Counted from the stretch's first letter, positions 1-17,181 are shown. The stretch is 64,000 nt of DNA from the human T2T-CHM13v2.0 reference genome, Homo sapiens (GCF_009914755.1 NC_060929.1), one strand, 5' to 3'. The notes: generated by a model not told the origin, from the sequence alone. Program-made: numbers and translations.

Positions 1-11
1 TACCAACCCAT

Positions 12-500
12 TTTCCACAACGTAGCAGAAAGAACTTTCTAAGCAAATATCTGATCATATTATGTTTCTCCTTAAAATATTTTATGGCTCTGCATTGCCT
101 ACAAAATAAAGCTTGGTCTCCCTAACATGTCTCACAAGGAGCTCTATGAGCTGAATTCCAGTCACTTTTCCAATGTCATCTCTCTCACCAAATCCCTCTT
201 TCGGTCTTTCATTCATTTATTCAACAAATATTAAACACCTCTTACCTGCTAAGCACTGCCCTAGACACTGAAGAGAAAATAATGTAGAAAATCCACAAGG
301 TCTCTGCTGTCACAGAACTGACATTTTGTTGAGTGTGGGGGAAATATGCGTAAGTGGATAAATGAGTAAATGAAGTGGATGCCAAGCCCCATGAGAGCAG
401 GAACATAATCTATTTTATTTACTGCTCTATCCCCAACAGCAAGCATAGAACCTTAAACATAGTAGGTGTTGAATGGCTGACTGACTGTTTGTTGAACAAC
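12..500. mobile_element. Degraded L2 fragments in both orientations
   Basis: L2 3'-end-like motifs such as 'ttcattcatttattcaacaaatatt' (antisense) and 'tttactgctctatccccaacagc...agtaggtgttgaatg' (sense); boundaries approximate. Confidence 0.55.
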
Positions 501-572
501 TAACTGAATAAGCGTAATTTAAGATGACCATATGTACTATAAAGGATTTCAGGAATTCAATGTGGACCTTCA

Positions 573-2705
<2,133 letters not shown>

Positions 2706-2718
2706 AAGAGCAGGGCAC

Positions 2719-3108
<390 letters not shown>

Positions 3109-4007
3109 CTATTCTGAATTGCAGCCATTTGGAGCTTATTTCAGTTTGTCAAGATAATGTTTTGTCCAGTCCCTGGGCTTTTAAATATCCTATTCATTTT
3201 GCCAAGAAATGTTCTTTCTTCCTATCTGTAACATCCAGCCCTTGCCTAGCTAATTTTGACCTTATGGTTTGTGGTTAAATTTAAATTTCAACTCCTCTAA
3301 AAACACTTCCTGCACCTATCTGCTTCCCAAATTAGGTTAGATGCTCCATAGTTACTCAAAACATTCTGTGCTTAGCCTTATGGTGGTACTTATCTTGACG
3401 TATTTTCACTGTTATCCATACATAGGGGGAACAGTAGATAAGGGGGGACCTCATCACTATGCTCAGTCATGGCAAGATTTGGGAAGTTGTGGTTTTCCTT
3501 GTTCTCTCTGACAGCTTAAAATGCAGGTGTAGGCTGGTCTATATTGGGAAGCCCTATTCCTTTCACAGGACTTTGTGAATTGGAGATTTTTTTCCCCTTA
3601 TCACAAACACCTAACTTACCTATTTGTTTGATTTTCTTTTTATTTATTTATATATTTATATCCAGCCTTGTTTCAAATTGTGGTACGAGCATCAGTACTT
3701 ACCAGTGCCTGTCAAAGGAAATTGTGACATCAGCAAATTTAGAATTAACATTTCAATTTTAGAGTGGAAAAAGCCTTTATCAATCTTCTTTCCAGTATTT
3801 TTTTTTAAACTCTTATGGGCAATAGGGACATTTTTTTTTTGAGAATCTAATTAATTGTTCTCCTTAAAAAAAACACATTTCCCCCTTTATACACATAAAA
3901 TTTGTGCACAATTTCTAAGACTTTACAGACCCCTGAAGCTGTTTATCTTTAAGATCCCCTGACAAATCTCAACGTTTAAGCATGAAAGGCAAGGAAATTT
4001 GGTTTTT

Positions 4008-4080
4008 AAAGTTTTTATCAAAAGAATCAAAGTTTTTATCAAAGGAATCAAAGTTTTTATCAAAAGAGTCAAAGTTTTTA
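4008..4080. repeat. 21-bp tandem repeat, about 3.5 copies
   Basis: AAAGTTTTTATCAAAAGAATC / ...AAAGGAATC / ...AAAAGAGTC / AAAGTTTTTA. Confidence 0.95.
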
Positions 4081-5059
4081 AAAAAGGAAGAGACTTTTGG
4101 AGTGAAAATGTCATGCTGTCATTCTGGTTTAGGAAATGGACACCCAGCTTCCACCTGGGCAGTAAAACCAGTGAAGTGTACAATGCATAACCTTAGTCTA
4201 TCCTCAAACCCTTGAATGGGGAAAAAAAAAATAGGGTTTCTGAGAAAGAAGAGAAAGGGTCCCTTTGATCCAACAGTTGAAGGAATGGGTAAGGTGATGT
4301 ATGCTGAAACTGGGAGTCCAACCTACAGGACCTGCTGGGAGTTGGGCCAGGAAAGGTGAGTTGATTTGACTGCTGATTCAATTGCCATATCAAACCACCA
4401 AGATTCATTCAGGCATACTATAAAATAATGGAGAGTGAGTTTAAAATAGACTGAAATGTATAAGAACCTGACACACATTTACTAATGGAGATGATTTATG
4501 GTGTCACATTTCGTGATGTTTTGGTCCTTATAGCACCATTTGTATTAATATATTTAGCATAAGGTTAGAGAGCAGGTGCGTAACAAGAATCTCAAGTATT
4601 CTGAACCTTTGCATTTGTCTTTGGTTGGAATTTTTTAAGTGACTTTCATCTGAGAAGCATGAGGGAACAAAATGTGCTTTTTATTAAGATTTTTGGCAAA
4701 TAATTGCGTTATTGGAACACGAACTTTTAAGATCGGCACTTTGTATCCAATTACTAGTGAATGAAATGGATAGTTTCTCTGACTTGTCTTTTCTGTTCTG
4801 CAGCAATTAAGATAATTCTCTGTAACTTTTCCAGTTAAAGTAAATGTATTGCTGGTGAACCTATGTCTGCAATTTGATGCTTCCTCTAAATGAAGAATAC
4901 AGCAAACATGCCCATTAAAATTTTGCTTTTCCCACACTGTTTGTTTATGAAAAGTGTTCTCCCAGACAGGAGAGGCCCTTTAAAAAACAAACAAACACAA
5001 CAAACAAAAAACCCACTTTATCAGCACTTTTTTTTTTTTTTCTGTCTGATTAGTGACAA

Positions 5060-5345
5060 AATGTCTGGACCAGACTTGAGACTCCTGGATTCCAGATCTG
5101 TCTCTGCTACTATCTTTCTGAATTTCCCCTGGAAAGTAACTTAACGCTCTTAGGCCTTCTTGTTTGGGTTCAAGCCCTCTTCTGCCTCTCATTAGGGCAA
5201 GCAAGTTACTAGCTAAGTCTCGTTTCTGTTGATGGTAAGAGGGGAATAAATGCCTCCCTCAAAAGGCTCTGTGAGCTTAAATGAATCATTTATTAGAACA
5301 CTTAGTACTGAGCTTGGCCCAAAGTAGACACTCAGCTAATTGTTA
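5060..5345 (+). mobile_element. MIR fragments
   Basis: 'gggttcaagccc...gggcaagcaagttact...ctcgtttctg...gtgagcttaaatga...acacttagtac' resembles the MIR core and 3' end. Confidence 0.55.
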
Positions 5346-5410
5346 TTATTATTATTGTCTCATAGAAACAGGTAATTGTTATTATTATTATTGTCTCATA
5401 GAAACAGGTA
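5337..5410. repeat. Perfect 36-bp tandem duplication
   Basis: TAATTGTTATTATTATTATTGTCTCATAGAAACAGG at 5337-5372 and 5373-5408. Confidence 0.95.
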
Positions 5411-6092
5411 TATGGTTAAGTAGTTGAATTAATCAGAGAAGAAATAAGTTGAAATATTACTCAATTTTCTCAATGTACCTTGTCTTGAAAAGTTGGCTTT
5501 GAACAAATTCCATGTCAAAATAACATTTTTCTTTTGATTTGATTTTTTTTAAATAAGACGTGTTCCCAAGAAAAGACTACTATGCTTAAAATTCAATATT
5601 TTCTTTGTGACAATTATTTTGTTATTTTATTTTGTAAATATGCAATGTCAAGTGTTTGCTCTAATTAAATTAAATTGGGAGAGTTGAGTTATAAGTATCA
5701 AAATTTTAGCACTGGACCAGAAAAAAGCTCTAATTAGTGTGGTAGGCAGAATCATGATCACCCTAAAAATGTCTGTGTCTTAATACTTGAAAACTGTGTT
5801 TATGTTTCGTTACATGGCAAAGGGAAATTAAGGATGCCTATGAAATTAGAATGCTAGCCAGCTGATCTTGAGATAAGGATTTTTTCCTAGATTATCCAGG
5901 CAGATCCAATAGAATCACAAGGGTCTTTAAAAGTAGAAAAAGTAACAGAAGTAGAGGTCAGAGTCATGTGATGTGAGAAAGATTAGACTCACTGTTGCTG
6001 ATTTCGATGGAAGAAAAAAAAAACAGAGACCAAGGCACTCAGAATGCCTCTCAAATCTGGAAAAGGTAATACATGTTAGAATATATGTAGAG

Positions 6093-6441
6093 CAGTGGTT
6101 CTTAACCAGAGGAAATTTTTTCTTCAAAAAAGAAATTTGGGGCTGGGCACAGCGGCTCACACCTGTAATCCCAGCACTTTGGTAGGCCAAGGCCAGCGGA
6201 TTGCTTGAGCTCAGAAGTTGGAGACTAGTTCAAGACCATGGGCAACATGGCGAAACCCCATCTCTACCAGAAAAAAAAAAAATAGCCAGGTGTGGTGTGG
6301 TGGCGCATGCCTGTAAGCCCAGCTACTTGGGGGACTGAGACAGGATTGCTCGAGCCCGGGAGGTGGGGATTGAGGTAAGCCAAGATCATACCACTGCACT
6401 CCAGCCTGGGTGACAGAGTGAGACCCTTTCTCAAAAAAAAA

Positions 6442-6485
<44 letters not shown>

Positions 6486-6605
6486 AAAAAAGAAAGAAAG
6501 AAAGAAAGAAAGAAAGAAGAAAAAAGAGACAAAGAAATTTGGCAATATCTGAAGATATTTTTATTTTTGACTATTACACCTGGGGGCACTCTACCAACAT
6601 GCATT
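6093..6605. mobile_element. Partial MER20 copy (part of an inverted local duplication), split by an AluJ
   Basis: CAGTGGTTCTTAACC terminus; homologous to the reverse complement of 8385-8481. Confidence 0.75.
6141..6530 (+). mobile_element. AluJ-like SINE with (GAAA)n tail
   Basis: GGATTGCTTGAGCTCAG and GAGACCCTTTCTC are AluJ-type; TSD AAAGAAATTTGG at 6129-6140 and 6531-6542. Confidence 0.92.
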
Positions 6606-6818
6606 TATATGTGTGTGTCTGTGTGTGTGTGTGTATATATATATACACACTATATATACACACACACACTATATATATATATATATACACACACTATATA
6701 TATAGTATGTGTATACATGTGTGTATACATTGACTATATATGTACATATATGTACTATAAATACATATATATAAGCATATATATACCAACGTATGTGTGT
6801 GTGTGTTTATGTGTGTGT

Positions 6819-6856
<38 letters not shown>

Positions 6857-6857
6857 G
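6606..6857. repeat. Compound (TG)/(TA)/(CA) microsatellite
   Basis: Alternating purine-pyrimidine tract seen directly. Confidence 0.95.
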
Positions 6858-7139
6858 CTCTTTTAGCGCCTCCAGAAAGAAATACAGAGCAGTGGACACC
6901 TTGATTTTAGCCCCATGAGACTTGTATTGGAATACTGACCTACAAAGCTATAAGAAAATAAATTTGGGTTGTTTAAGCCACTAAGTTTGTGACAACCTGT
7001 TATATTAGTAATAGGAAATAAATACACTTAGCAATAATAATTATTTCTCATTTGTATAGTAATTGTTTGCATATGACTAATTTGTTTAAGTCACAAATAA
7101 ACATTTGTTTAAAATACTGGGGGATATCTGGTAGTCTCT

Positions 7140-8100
<961 letters not shown>

Positions 8101-8136
8101 ATAATACTTGTAGACAATGGTATGATTACTCTACAT

Positions 8137-8481
8137 CAGAGTTTCTCAATTAAGTCAAAATTGACATTTTGGGACCAGATAATTCTTTGCTGTGTTTATC
8201 CTGTGCATTATAGTATGCTTACCAACATCCTCGGTCATTACACACACATACATGTACACACACATACATATACACACACATACATATACACATACAAACG
8301 TATACACACACAAATGTACATACACACACGTGTGTGTATATATATGTGTGTGGGTGAAATGTGTGTGTGTGTGCCTATATATATGCATGCTAGTAGAGTG
8401 CCCTAAATTGTGAAATAAAAAATATCTCTAGATACTGCCAATTTTTTTGAAGAAGCAATTTTCCCTGGTTCAGAAGCACTG
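8137..8481. mobile_element. MER20 (hAT-Charlie MITE) with internal CA/TG microsatellite
   Basis: Termini CAGAGTTTCTCAA and TTCAGAAGCACTG; perfect 8-bp TSD CTCTACAT at 8129-8136 and 8482-8489. Confidence 0.85.
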
Positions 8482-9189
8482 CTCTACATATTTTCTAACA
8501 TGCAGTATTCCTTTTATTTAGCCCCAGCCAAGTTGGAAGCCTAGCAGTACTGGCAGAAGAAAAGCCTTAGAGTTAAGGCAGAGCTGGTCCCCTATCAAGA
8601 AGGTTGAGAATCATCAACAGAAAGTCAGCAGCCTTTACTCTAGACAGATGGGCAGACCATCTACTTCATGGCTGAACTGCCTTTCAATGTTGGCTTGATT
8701 AGCATCATTTTCTACCAGGGCATCTTTGAAGCACTTCTCTCAAAATCTAACTCTACCAACCTTCAGGGTAAAATAGAAATCCTCTGCCTTGAGTTTTTCA
8801 GGCAATTGTCTAGACTCAGAAGTGTCTAATTAACTCTGTTTTCTTGGTGTCTCTGTGCCTGGAGGACCAGAAACTGAAGCAATTCTGCTTACTAAAGAAA
8901 TAATTTTCAAGTGAGGTAATTAGAGCTGCTGCTACAGTTCCTCCCATCTCAATGACCACTGGCGTGGAAAAAACTGAGGACACAGCAGCTCTAAGGAATC
9001 TTTGTCAACTTGCTTCTGCAAAGAATAAAATGTAAAATTAAAAGAGAAGCAGGTATCTAAATGAGGATGGAGTTACCACACAGGTAGAAATGAAAGAAAA
9101 ATTCTCACAAACAGAAAATATTGAAGGCAATGATGCTGATGATGATGATGAAAATCATGATGATGACAATTGTGTCTTATGTACTAAAC

Positions 9190-10150
9190 AACTACTTATT
9201 TAGTATCTCTCATGTATGTCATTCTTCTGTTCCTAATGCTTGGGAATATACTCGGAAATAAAATAGAAAAATGAACCCCACACTCATGATGCTTACATTC
9301 TAGTGGAAGAGACAAACAACAAACAAGGTAAATTATTTACAGAATAATTATGAAGAGAAAGTTCAGGCAGGCAGGGGAAAATGTTGAAGGAGTTGATATT
9401 TTAGTGGGGATTTATCAAAATAGGAGCAGAGAAATAAACTTCCAAGCATAGGGAATAGCAAATTCACATGGACATATGCCTGGCATGTTTGAGGAACAAC
9501 AGGAAAAGTAGGTGGCTCAAGAAAAAATGGACAAGAGGCATAAAAATATGATATAAGGTCAGAGAGTTAATGAGAGGCCAGTTCATGAAAGGTTTATAGT
9601 TCACAGCACTTTATAGTAAGAACACTGGCTTTTATGCTGAATGAGATGAGAAGACACTGGAAGGTGTTCAGCAGACAAGGGCCCTGATCAGATTTATATT
9701 TCATCAAGGTGATTCTAACAGCTGTGTTGAGAATAGATCCCTAGGGGAAGGACATAAAGAAGGAAGCTATTCCAATAATCCAAGAGAGACATGGAAGTGG
9801 CTTGAATCAGGCTGGTGGTGAAAGTGGGGATGGTAAGAAGTGCTCAAATTCTGTACAGATTTGAAGGTAGAATAAACATGTTTTGTTGCTGGAAAACATG
9901 TAGGATTTTGGTAAAATAGAAGAGTCAAGGATGACTTCAAAGTTTCTGAAACACTGAGAAGATGGACTTGCCATTTACTAAATGGGGAAATTCTGCAATA
10001 CATGCTTTTGAGAGAAGTTAAAATCAAACTTTGTTTTGGACATGTAAAGGAAGGGAAGATGTCAAGTTAGCAGTAGAATATGGGATCAGAAGTTTAATGG
10101 AGAGGTCTGAGCTAGAGATAAGATTTGTGAATCATCAATATATAGATGAT
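9190..10150 (-). mobile_element. L2 fragment
   Basis: 'atgcttacattctagtggaagagacaaacaac', 'gaagagtcaaggatgacttcaaagttt' and 'ggagaggtctgagctagagata' are antisense L2-like. Confidence 0.75.
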
Positions 10151-10249
10151 GAAAAATAACTCTTGATTTTTCTTTCTTCATGTTTAGACCTCTTTGGGTA
10201 GGCTCTAGCTGCACAGTGCCAGGCAGCTGCCACAATGGCTAATAACTCA

Positions 10250-10790
10250 GGCAAAATCCAGAATATAAAACATTATACAAGGCAAAAAAAGAAATTAGTC
10301 TCTCCAACAAATCAATGACATTAGAAAAGAGAGAAGTGGGAACTATACAATGAAAAAGACCTAAAATGACAATCAAACGCAATGTATAGGAGTTGTTTCT
10401 AACCTGAATTAAGCAAACGAACCACTAAAAAGGCATTTTTGAGACAATTAGAGGATTTTGAAAATGGACTGGATATTCAATGTTTTATGTAATTATTTCT
10501 ATGTTGTTATACTTTATGCATACAAGTATATGTGTGTACATAGATAGGTTATGTATATATGGAAAGAGAGAGTATGTTTGATTAACTGAAAACTTTATGA
10601 ATTAAATGATAAGATACCTGAGATTTGCTTTAAAATATACTTTAAGAAAAAAGTGAGAGATATGGCAATCAAGAATGGCAAAAGTTAATAATTACAGAAG
10701 ACAAATGATCAGTACATGGGAGCTCATTATACTATTTCTTCTACTTTAATGTACGTTTTAAAATTTATATAGTAATAAAAACTATGCTAA
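10250..10790 (+). mobile_element. Old L1M (L1ME-like) 3' end
   Basis: 'ttttgagacaattagaggattttgaaaatggactgg' and 'tacatgggagctcattatactatttcttctacttt'. Confidence 0.6.
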
Positions 10791-11112
<322 letters not shown>

Positions 11113-11847
11113 CTATGTAATTTCCATTGAACAGAAATCTTAATTTGTTTTGTTCATAGATGTATTCCAAGCGACTAGTAAAAGAGTGTCAGCTGCAGTT
11201 ACTTAATAAATATTTGTAAGCAGTAAAAGAAGTTAAAACACTGTTCAAGGGAATAAAAACTTGCTGAGTACCAGCACTTTGCATGTTACCTCACTTAATT
11301 TGCAGTATGGCCATGAGGAAGCCTATATGATTCTATTGCCTGGGTTCTTTCCACCACTATGTTTTATGCAATTCTGATATTATACTGCACTCACTTGCCA
11401 ATCCAATGTGGAAAAAGCCTTTTTAGGAAAAATACTTAGTGGTCTGGCTGATTCTAAAGAAATCCTTTTTAACCACCATGCAGTATTACTTCCTACAAAT
11501 TAATCATGTCTTCATTCTCCTTTATTGAACCTTTCCTGTGTGTCATACTATTACGTATGGAAGATGCACCTTTAGCTTTTACGGACACCCTCTAAAGTAC
11601 ATTGCAAGTTACCTAACAACATGAAAGTATCAAAACCAGCAAAAGGATTTGATTGCTATCTTTAGTTTGGTTGTGATATTCTAAAACAAACCATTGTTCA
11701 AAAAGATTTTCTGTTGATATCATAGTCTATTAAATTGATAACTGATCTACATGAGGCAGAGAAAAGAGACACTGAGACCAACCATCTCTTAAATGGTTAA
11801 TCCTGCAGGCTAGAATGCCCATTCGACCACGAATTGAGGATCTCTTG

Positions 11848-12995
11848 GACTGGATATGTAATTTGTAGGACACAGTGTAAAATGTAAATGCTAGGGCTAT
11901 TGTTCTAAAAGTAGAGGAAAAGGTGCCATTAACAGATACTAAAATATAAAACTTTTCCTTGTCTTCTGCAGTCTCTTTTTAAACTTCTCATGATGATTCT
12001 TATTTATTATTCAATGTCACTTTGAGCAAAGAAAATTTGAAATTTGAAATTATTAGCATGAATTTTACTGTTTTATCTTTATAGTTTGCAGGGCTAGTTT
12101 TAAGTGCAAACTTCAGAACATTTAACTTATATCCAAAATCATGGAAGCTACATTTTTGCATTTCCCTGAAGGATGACTTGAGCAAGCCAGAAGAGACAAA
12201 CATAGGGGAGACTCAAGAAGGTTGGAAGGAGGAGGAGAAGATTCCCCAATCCAGACATGGAGTGGACCCAAAGGAGTGCTTCCTCAGGACAGGGATACTC
12301 ATGGCTGTCTACAGACCCCTACCAGTGCCAGCGTCCCTGTCCCTGAAGGCGGAACACATGCGGGCTTGATCAGGCCTGAAGACTGCTGGGATCCCCACCT
12401 GCCAGCTGCAGATTGACATATGGTATCCCAGTGGGGGCCAGGATTTAGAGAAATTGATTCAGGTGTGTCTGGGTCTTCTTCCCACAGACCCATTTCCTTC
12501 CCCAAAACATGAGGACAAAGTGACTCCTAAGGACATCACGCCCTCCATGCTAAGATTGCTTAGTACCTGAATCATAGAAACAAAAGGCATGGTCTTTATA
12601 AAAATGTGACTTCTGGCCCCTCATCAGTTGTGCCATGTTGCCCCAAGTTTGGGACAGCTGTTACCATGCCCTGCCCTGGACCACTGAGGTTCTGTTCACC
12701 CAGTGGGACCTTCCCTGTGAGAGCACCCAGGCCCCTGCCAGGGAGAAGAGTGGCAGTGGGGGTGTGTGTAGGGAGTGGAGAAGCAGGCAGCGAAGAGCCT
12801 GTTCTGGAGAAGCTGTAGGAGGAAACAGTGTGAGCTGAGGTACCACAGTCCCATTGTTCCACCAGACTTCACTTACAAGACACAGATTCAATGATAAAAT
12901 CAGTAAGAATTTCAAAACTGTGATTGCAAAGTATTAAGCCCCAAGCCCAGGGCCCATGTAACTGCACAGGTCTCAGCCTATATAGCCAGTCGGGA
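11848..12995. mobile_element. hAT-Tip100 DNA transposon (MER45B-like)
   Basis: Ends resemble MER45 termini ('taatttgtaggacacagtgtaaaatgtaaatg' and 'gggcccatgtaactgcacaggtctcagcc...agccagtc'); this would explain the GC-richer patch and its chance ORFs. Confidence 0.55.
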
Positions 12996-13578
12996 TTCCA
13001 CATTCTAGTCCCTGTTCTGCCATTTCTGGTTCACTGGGCCTGGTCTTCATATGGCACTTTTAGAACTCAGTTTCCTCCTTATAACATGGAGATAGAGCCT
13101 ATCATAGGCCCAGGCCCTATGCCCACAAGGGCCAACTGAATTTAATAGTCAAAAAGGTAATCTGACAGCATTGAAGGAGGATGTCAGCCAATTTTAAACT
13201 TCTAGCTATCTCTGAACCATGCAGTATCTAGAGTTTGTGAATTAATATTGAAAAAGAAATTCTGTAATTATAAATAACATATCATCTCAGGGTTTTAATG
13301 GTATTGGCAGTGTTGATTTGTTAAATATACATATTTTAAAAATGAGTTCTATGACTTTGTTTTCAAATTTTTCAAGTTTCTCTTATTCTCCAAGAGGATC
13401 TGAAAGGAGGAATTGCCACTTATCCCATGTACCTGGGGGAATATTAGAAGCTGACATTTACCGAGCACCTACTATGTGCTGGTTACAGCCATATGTCTCA
13501 GTTTCCTGTGCATTCCCTCACCCACTCCTCACACAGCTGTTTCAACTACTGTGGTTCTGTTCCTTCTTTATTTCCAAG

Positions 13579-13703
13579 TTAGGATTACCAGATTTAGCCT
13601 TATATAAAATATATTTACACTAAATAATATTATACATTTAAGCTAAGAAAACTATTTGATTTTTCAAATTTATCTGGGCATCCTGTATTTTATCTGGCTT
13701 CAA
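13579..13703. mobile_element. MER53-like hAT element with internal deletion
   Basis: 'aggattaccagatttagc' and 'ttcaaatttatctgggcatcctgtattttatctggc'. Confidence 0.55.
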
Positions 13704-13828
13704 GTAGAGCATATGCTGTGCCTCTCACACAAAACTGAAGGCTTTCTTCTTTCTAGTGATTCATTCTTTCCATAAGAGTTTATTGCCCATTTATTTGTGC
13801 ATTTATATAAAAATGTGTGGATATGTGT

Positions 13829-13920
13829 GCATAAGTGTGTGTATGCAGAGAGAACAAGAAGAACAAAGCAAGAAGAATAAAGCATAAGTGTGTGTATGTG
13901 GAGAGAACAAGAAGAATAAA
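13829..13920. repeat. Imperfect direct repeat, period 53 bp
   Basis: GCATAAGTGTGTGTATG..GAGAGAACAAGAAGAA.AAA at 13829-13867 and 13882-13920. Confidence 0.85.
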
Positions 13921-16900
13921 AACACTTCAGAATGTTTTATATACCAGTCATGCTGCATAAGAGTGTCAGAACACTTTTCATTTTATTGTAATGGCTTCAA
14001 TTTTTCCAAATAATTGCATAGTTTCTACCTCTAACATCAACTGTGTATCAAAAATATCACCAACATTGCTAAAAAGAAAAGTAATTTTCTCTATTGCCTC
14101 TACTAGCATCATTGTAAACTAAGGCAGTGTAACCAATGGAGCTAGCTGCTCAGCAACCTTCTCTGCAGTTAAATTATTTGTTCTTGGAGTCTCTATGGAG
14201 AAAGGACTATGTGAAAGATACAAGAGGGAATAAACCAATGAAGCAATTGTCTCTATGTCAGAAATGGACATTTGACACTTCATGGAGCTTACCATCTAAT
14301 GAAGCTATTATATGGAAAGAGCTGTAGGAACACCGAGCTTCTCAAAGGAGTGAGGCCTGGGTCATTTCACTTATTAAACTAACCTAGTATGTTTTTTTTA
14401 TAAAATGAAGACATCCCAAAATAGAGTTTCCAAAATTATGATAAAGTTTTAATTTTTACATTTAACAATTTAGCCATGAAAATTACAACTCAATGTAATC
14501 ATACTATTCTGTGCTCAAAAATACGTGATTTATTTTTATAACATAATTTATTATAGATTCTGTGGTCATATAATGCAGCAAACACTCACCTTGGTATAGT
14601 ATCTGAAATTCTCAACTGGAAGCCCACTGTGAACATTTGAAATAGAGTCCCATTCCCCTCAAGCACTTTATATTCCCTTGGGGCATGGCGAAGGTATTAT
14701 CCAGCTCATCAGGGAATTCGTGGAAAATGATTGGAGAGTTCAAATGGAAGTGAGACAGCCTCCAGGTGAGCCTACTCATCCCCCCTCCCTCCTCTGCTTC
14801 GCTATTTCTGATGATTTCTGATTAATATCCTGAAACAGCATCCTATATTATGTTTGGCATAATGAACTTCCTACAACTATCTTTAAAAATAAACAGGTAA
14901 TTTTTATTATTTCTTAAAACATTACATGTTTTTATGTCTGGCTAGCTTGATTAATAACAAAAGTAAAATAATTACCAGTAGTTATAAAGCTACTACTGTG
15001 TTCCAGGGTGCAATGTTATTTCTTTATAGCATTCCCCTGAATCTTAACAAAAACTCCATGAGGCCGGCAAATGAATGAATCTTAAGACATCAGAAGGTTT
15101 ATGTCTACTCCCAGTGAGAGTTTGTCACTTTGATTTGTTTGATTAAATATATTTAGGCAAAAGAAGGAAACTCTTTGCTTTAGTCACTGAAAGCTTCGTT
15201 GAACTAAGCTACTGAAAGCAGGGTAAAAGTTAGGGTCAGACTCTCTTGCAGGATTCATGAGATGTCATGCTCACAAGAATGACATTGATTTGCTGTTCTT
15301 GTTGGCTTTGTTTGTTTTGTCTAATTTTTGTAAGCCTGGAAAAACTAGCTAATTATGTGCTTAGTAAGCCAATTCACTATCGATGTTGTGTCAAGCCTCA
15401 GGCTTCTTCAAAAGGCTGGTATGCACACACGGTGCTTATTTAAGATCCTTATATAATTTGATATGCATTATGAAACAGAAAGTGCAAATGTAGGGTCATA
15501 TTTTGCCTGGTTGAATACGTTTCCTCAGTGACTCATATCACAGATTTTCAGATCCTAGCATATGATGAGCCCTTCAAGATCAGTTGTCCTGAAATGACTA
15601 AAACTGAATGACTAAGTTATTTAAGGCAGTTTAACTACGGGCCCTCTGTAGACCACGACAAGCTACAGTATTCTTGGTTTCCTTAGAGATTTTTCCAAGG
15701 TTTCTCTAAGTCCCTGAAAAGCAGAGGTATCAGAAGAATTTATTACTAAATTCTCATAAGTATTCCTTTGTGCCAGGAGTTACAAATTGTTATTTGTATA
15801 TGACCTACAGATATGTTTTTTGTTGTCATTTTTTGTCTTGCAAAATGATATATGTTTTAATAATTTAGCAGGATGTAAACATCAGGAGGTTTCATACACA
15901 TATGTACATATGTATACATATACACACATACATATATGAATGAATAGATGCATTGATGGATGTGTGGATGGATAGGTGGATGGATTTTGATTTTGATTTT
16001 GGCTTCTTGTGAACAAATTTGAGGATGTAGCAAAAAAGTGTCTGCATTTCAGCATAGCAACAGTTAGCCAGAACTCAGGAGTGGGTTCCACTTCAGCCTG
16101 AGAGGGCTTTCTCCAACTCACGAGTCCTTACCCTCCCTCTTATCCTTTGGTGCTGGGACAGATTATCTTCTGCCATGTATTATTGTATTCATATGCTTTG
16201 TTTGTCTTCTAAGAACCCCAATTGCTTGCACAATTGTGGTACTGACATTTATTCAATATTATTTAAGTACTTACTACATGCCAGCTATGGAGAATGATGA
16301 AAAAACCCCCTTTTTCCCCACTTAAAGCTCTCAAGCTTATGTGAGAGATACAGATATCAAAATTTATTCTGTTACAGCTCATGATATGCGCTTTCTTTAA
16401 AGCTTATTTAAAGAGCATTTTTCTGAATACGAGGGGAGAACTGGGGGAGACCTCACAGAGGAGGTTATTTAAATATGGTTTTGTAGAAGAAGTAAGACTT
16501 GTCAGATCAAGAAAGTGAGATAAAACATTTTGTGTATACAAAGTGTCAGAGAGACTGGAAATAGACTTAGGACCAGCAATTATTGGACTTTCATAGGAGG
16601 CTGAAGGGAAGATTGAGCAATAAGATAATGAGGCTGGACCTTGAATGCTATGGTTAGTAATTTTTTAATTGCTATCAACGGTTATCAGGAGAATTAATAA
16701 CTGAAATCTACTGTGCTTCAATTTGCATCAATTTCTATTTCTTATTACAGTTTCCAAAGATATTTTCTCCCTTAAAAGTACTACTTATACAGGTGTTCAT
16801 TTAGATAAAACTTCTCTTCTTCAAGATAAAGAACACTAATCTTATTTAAGACTTTCTTTTAGAATCTATTTTCTTTCTCCTAAATATATTTTGTTCATCA

Positions 16901-17181
16901 ATGGTCCCGTGTATCTAAAAGACCAATTGGTCTTTTCATGTAGTACAATACTGATTGCTTAGACTTTGGAGTCATTAGTAGCCCTTGGTCCCAGCGTGTT
17001 TGGGAAAATTAGCCTCAATTTCCTCCTTTAAAATGGGCTTAATAAAATTTTCCCTACAAGGTCGTGAAGAATTAAATACAAGTGCTTAGCCTAGTGCCTA
17101 GAACTCATTGAAAATTAGTGTTTACTGTTTGAGAATTTTAGCAGTAGAAATCCAATCTTAGTAATAATATTCAAGACTCCA

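Larger units (their letters stand above)
5738..7026 (+). mobile_element. MaLR solo LTR (MLT1D-like), interrupted at about 6067-6857
   Basis: Starts TGTGGTAGGCAGAAT and ends ...GTAATAGGAAATAAATACA; near-matching 5-bp TSD attag/cttag; internal 'ctggaaaagg' and 'gcctccagaa...gacaccttgattttagccc'. Confidence 0.85.

Noticed and set aside
3923-4215. Overlapping repetitive ORFs, or a CRISPR-like array
   Set aside because: These arise from a head-to-tail 21-bp repeat with no spacers and no cas genes.
6539-6866. Cys/Val/Tyr/His-rich ORFs (also 8122-8413)
   Set aside because: They are translations of dinucleotide microsatellites.
12178-12915. GC-richer ORF cluster as an exon or promoter
   Set aside because: It lies inside a probable MER45-family transposon, is CpG-poor and has no recognisable protein.
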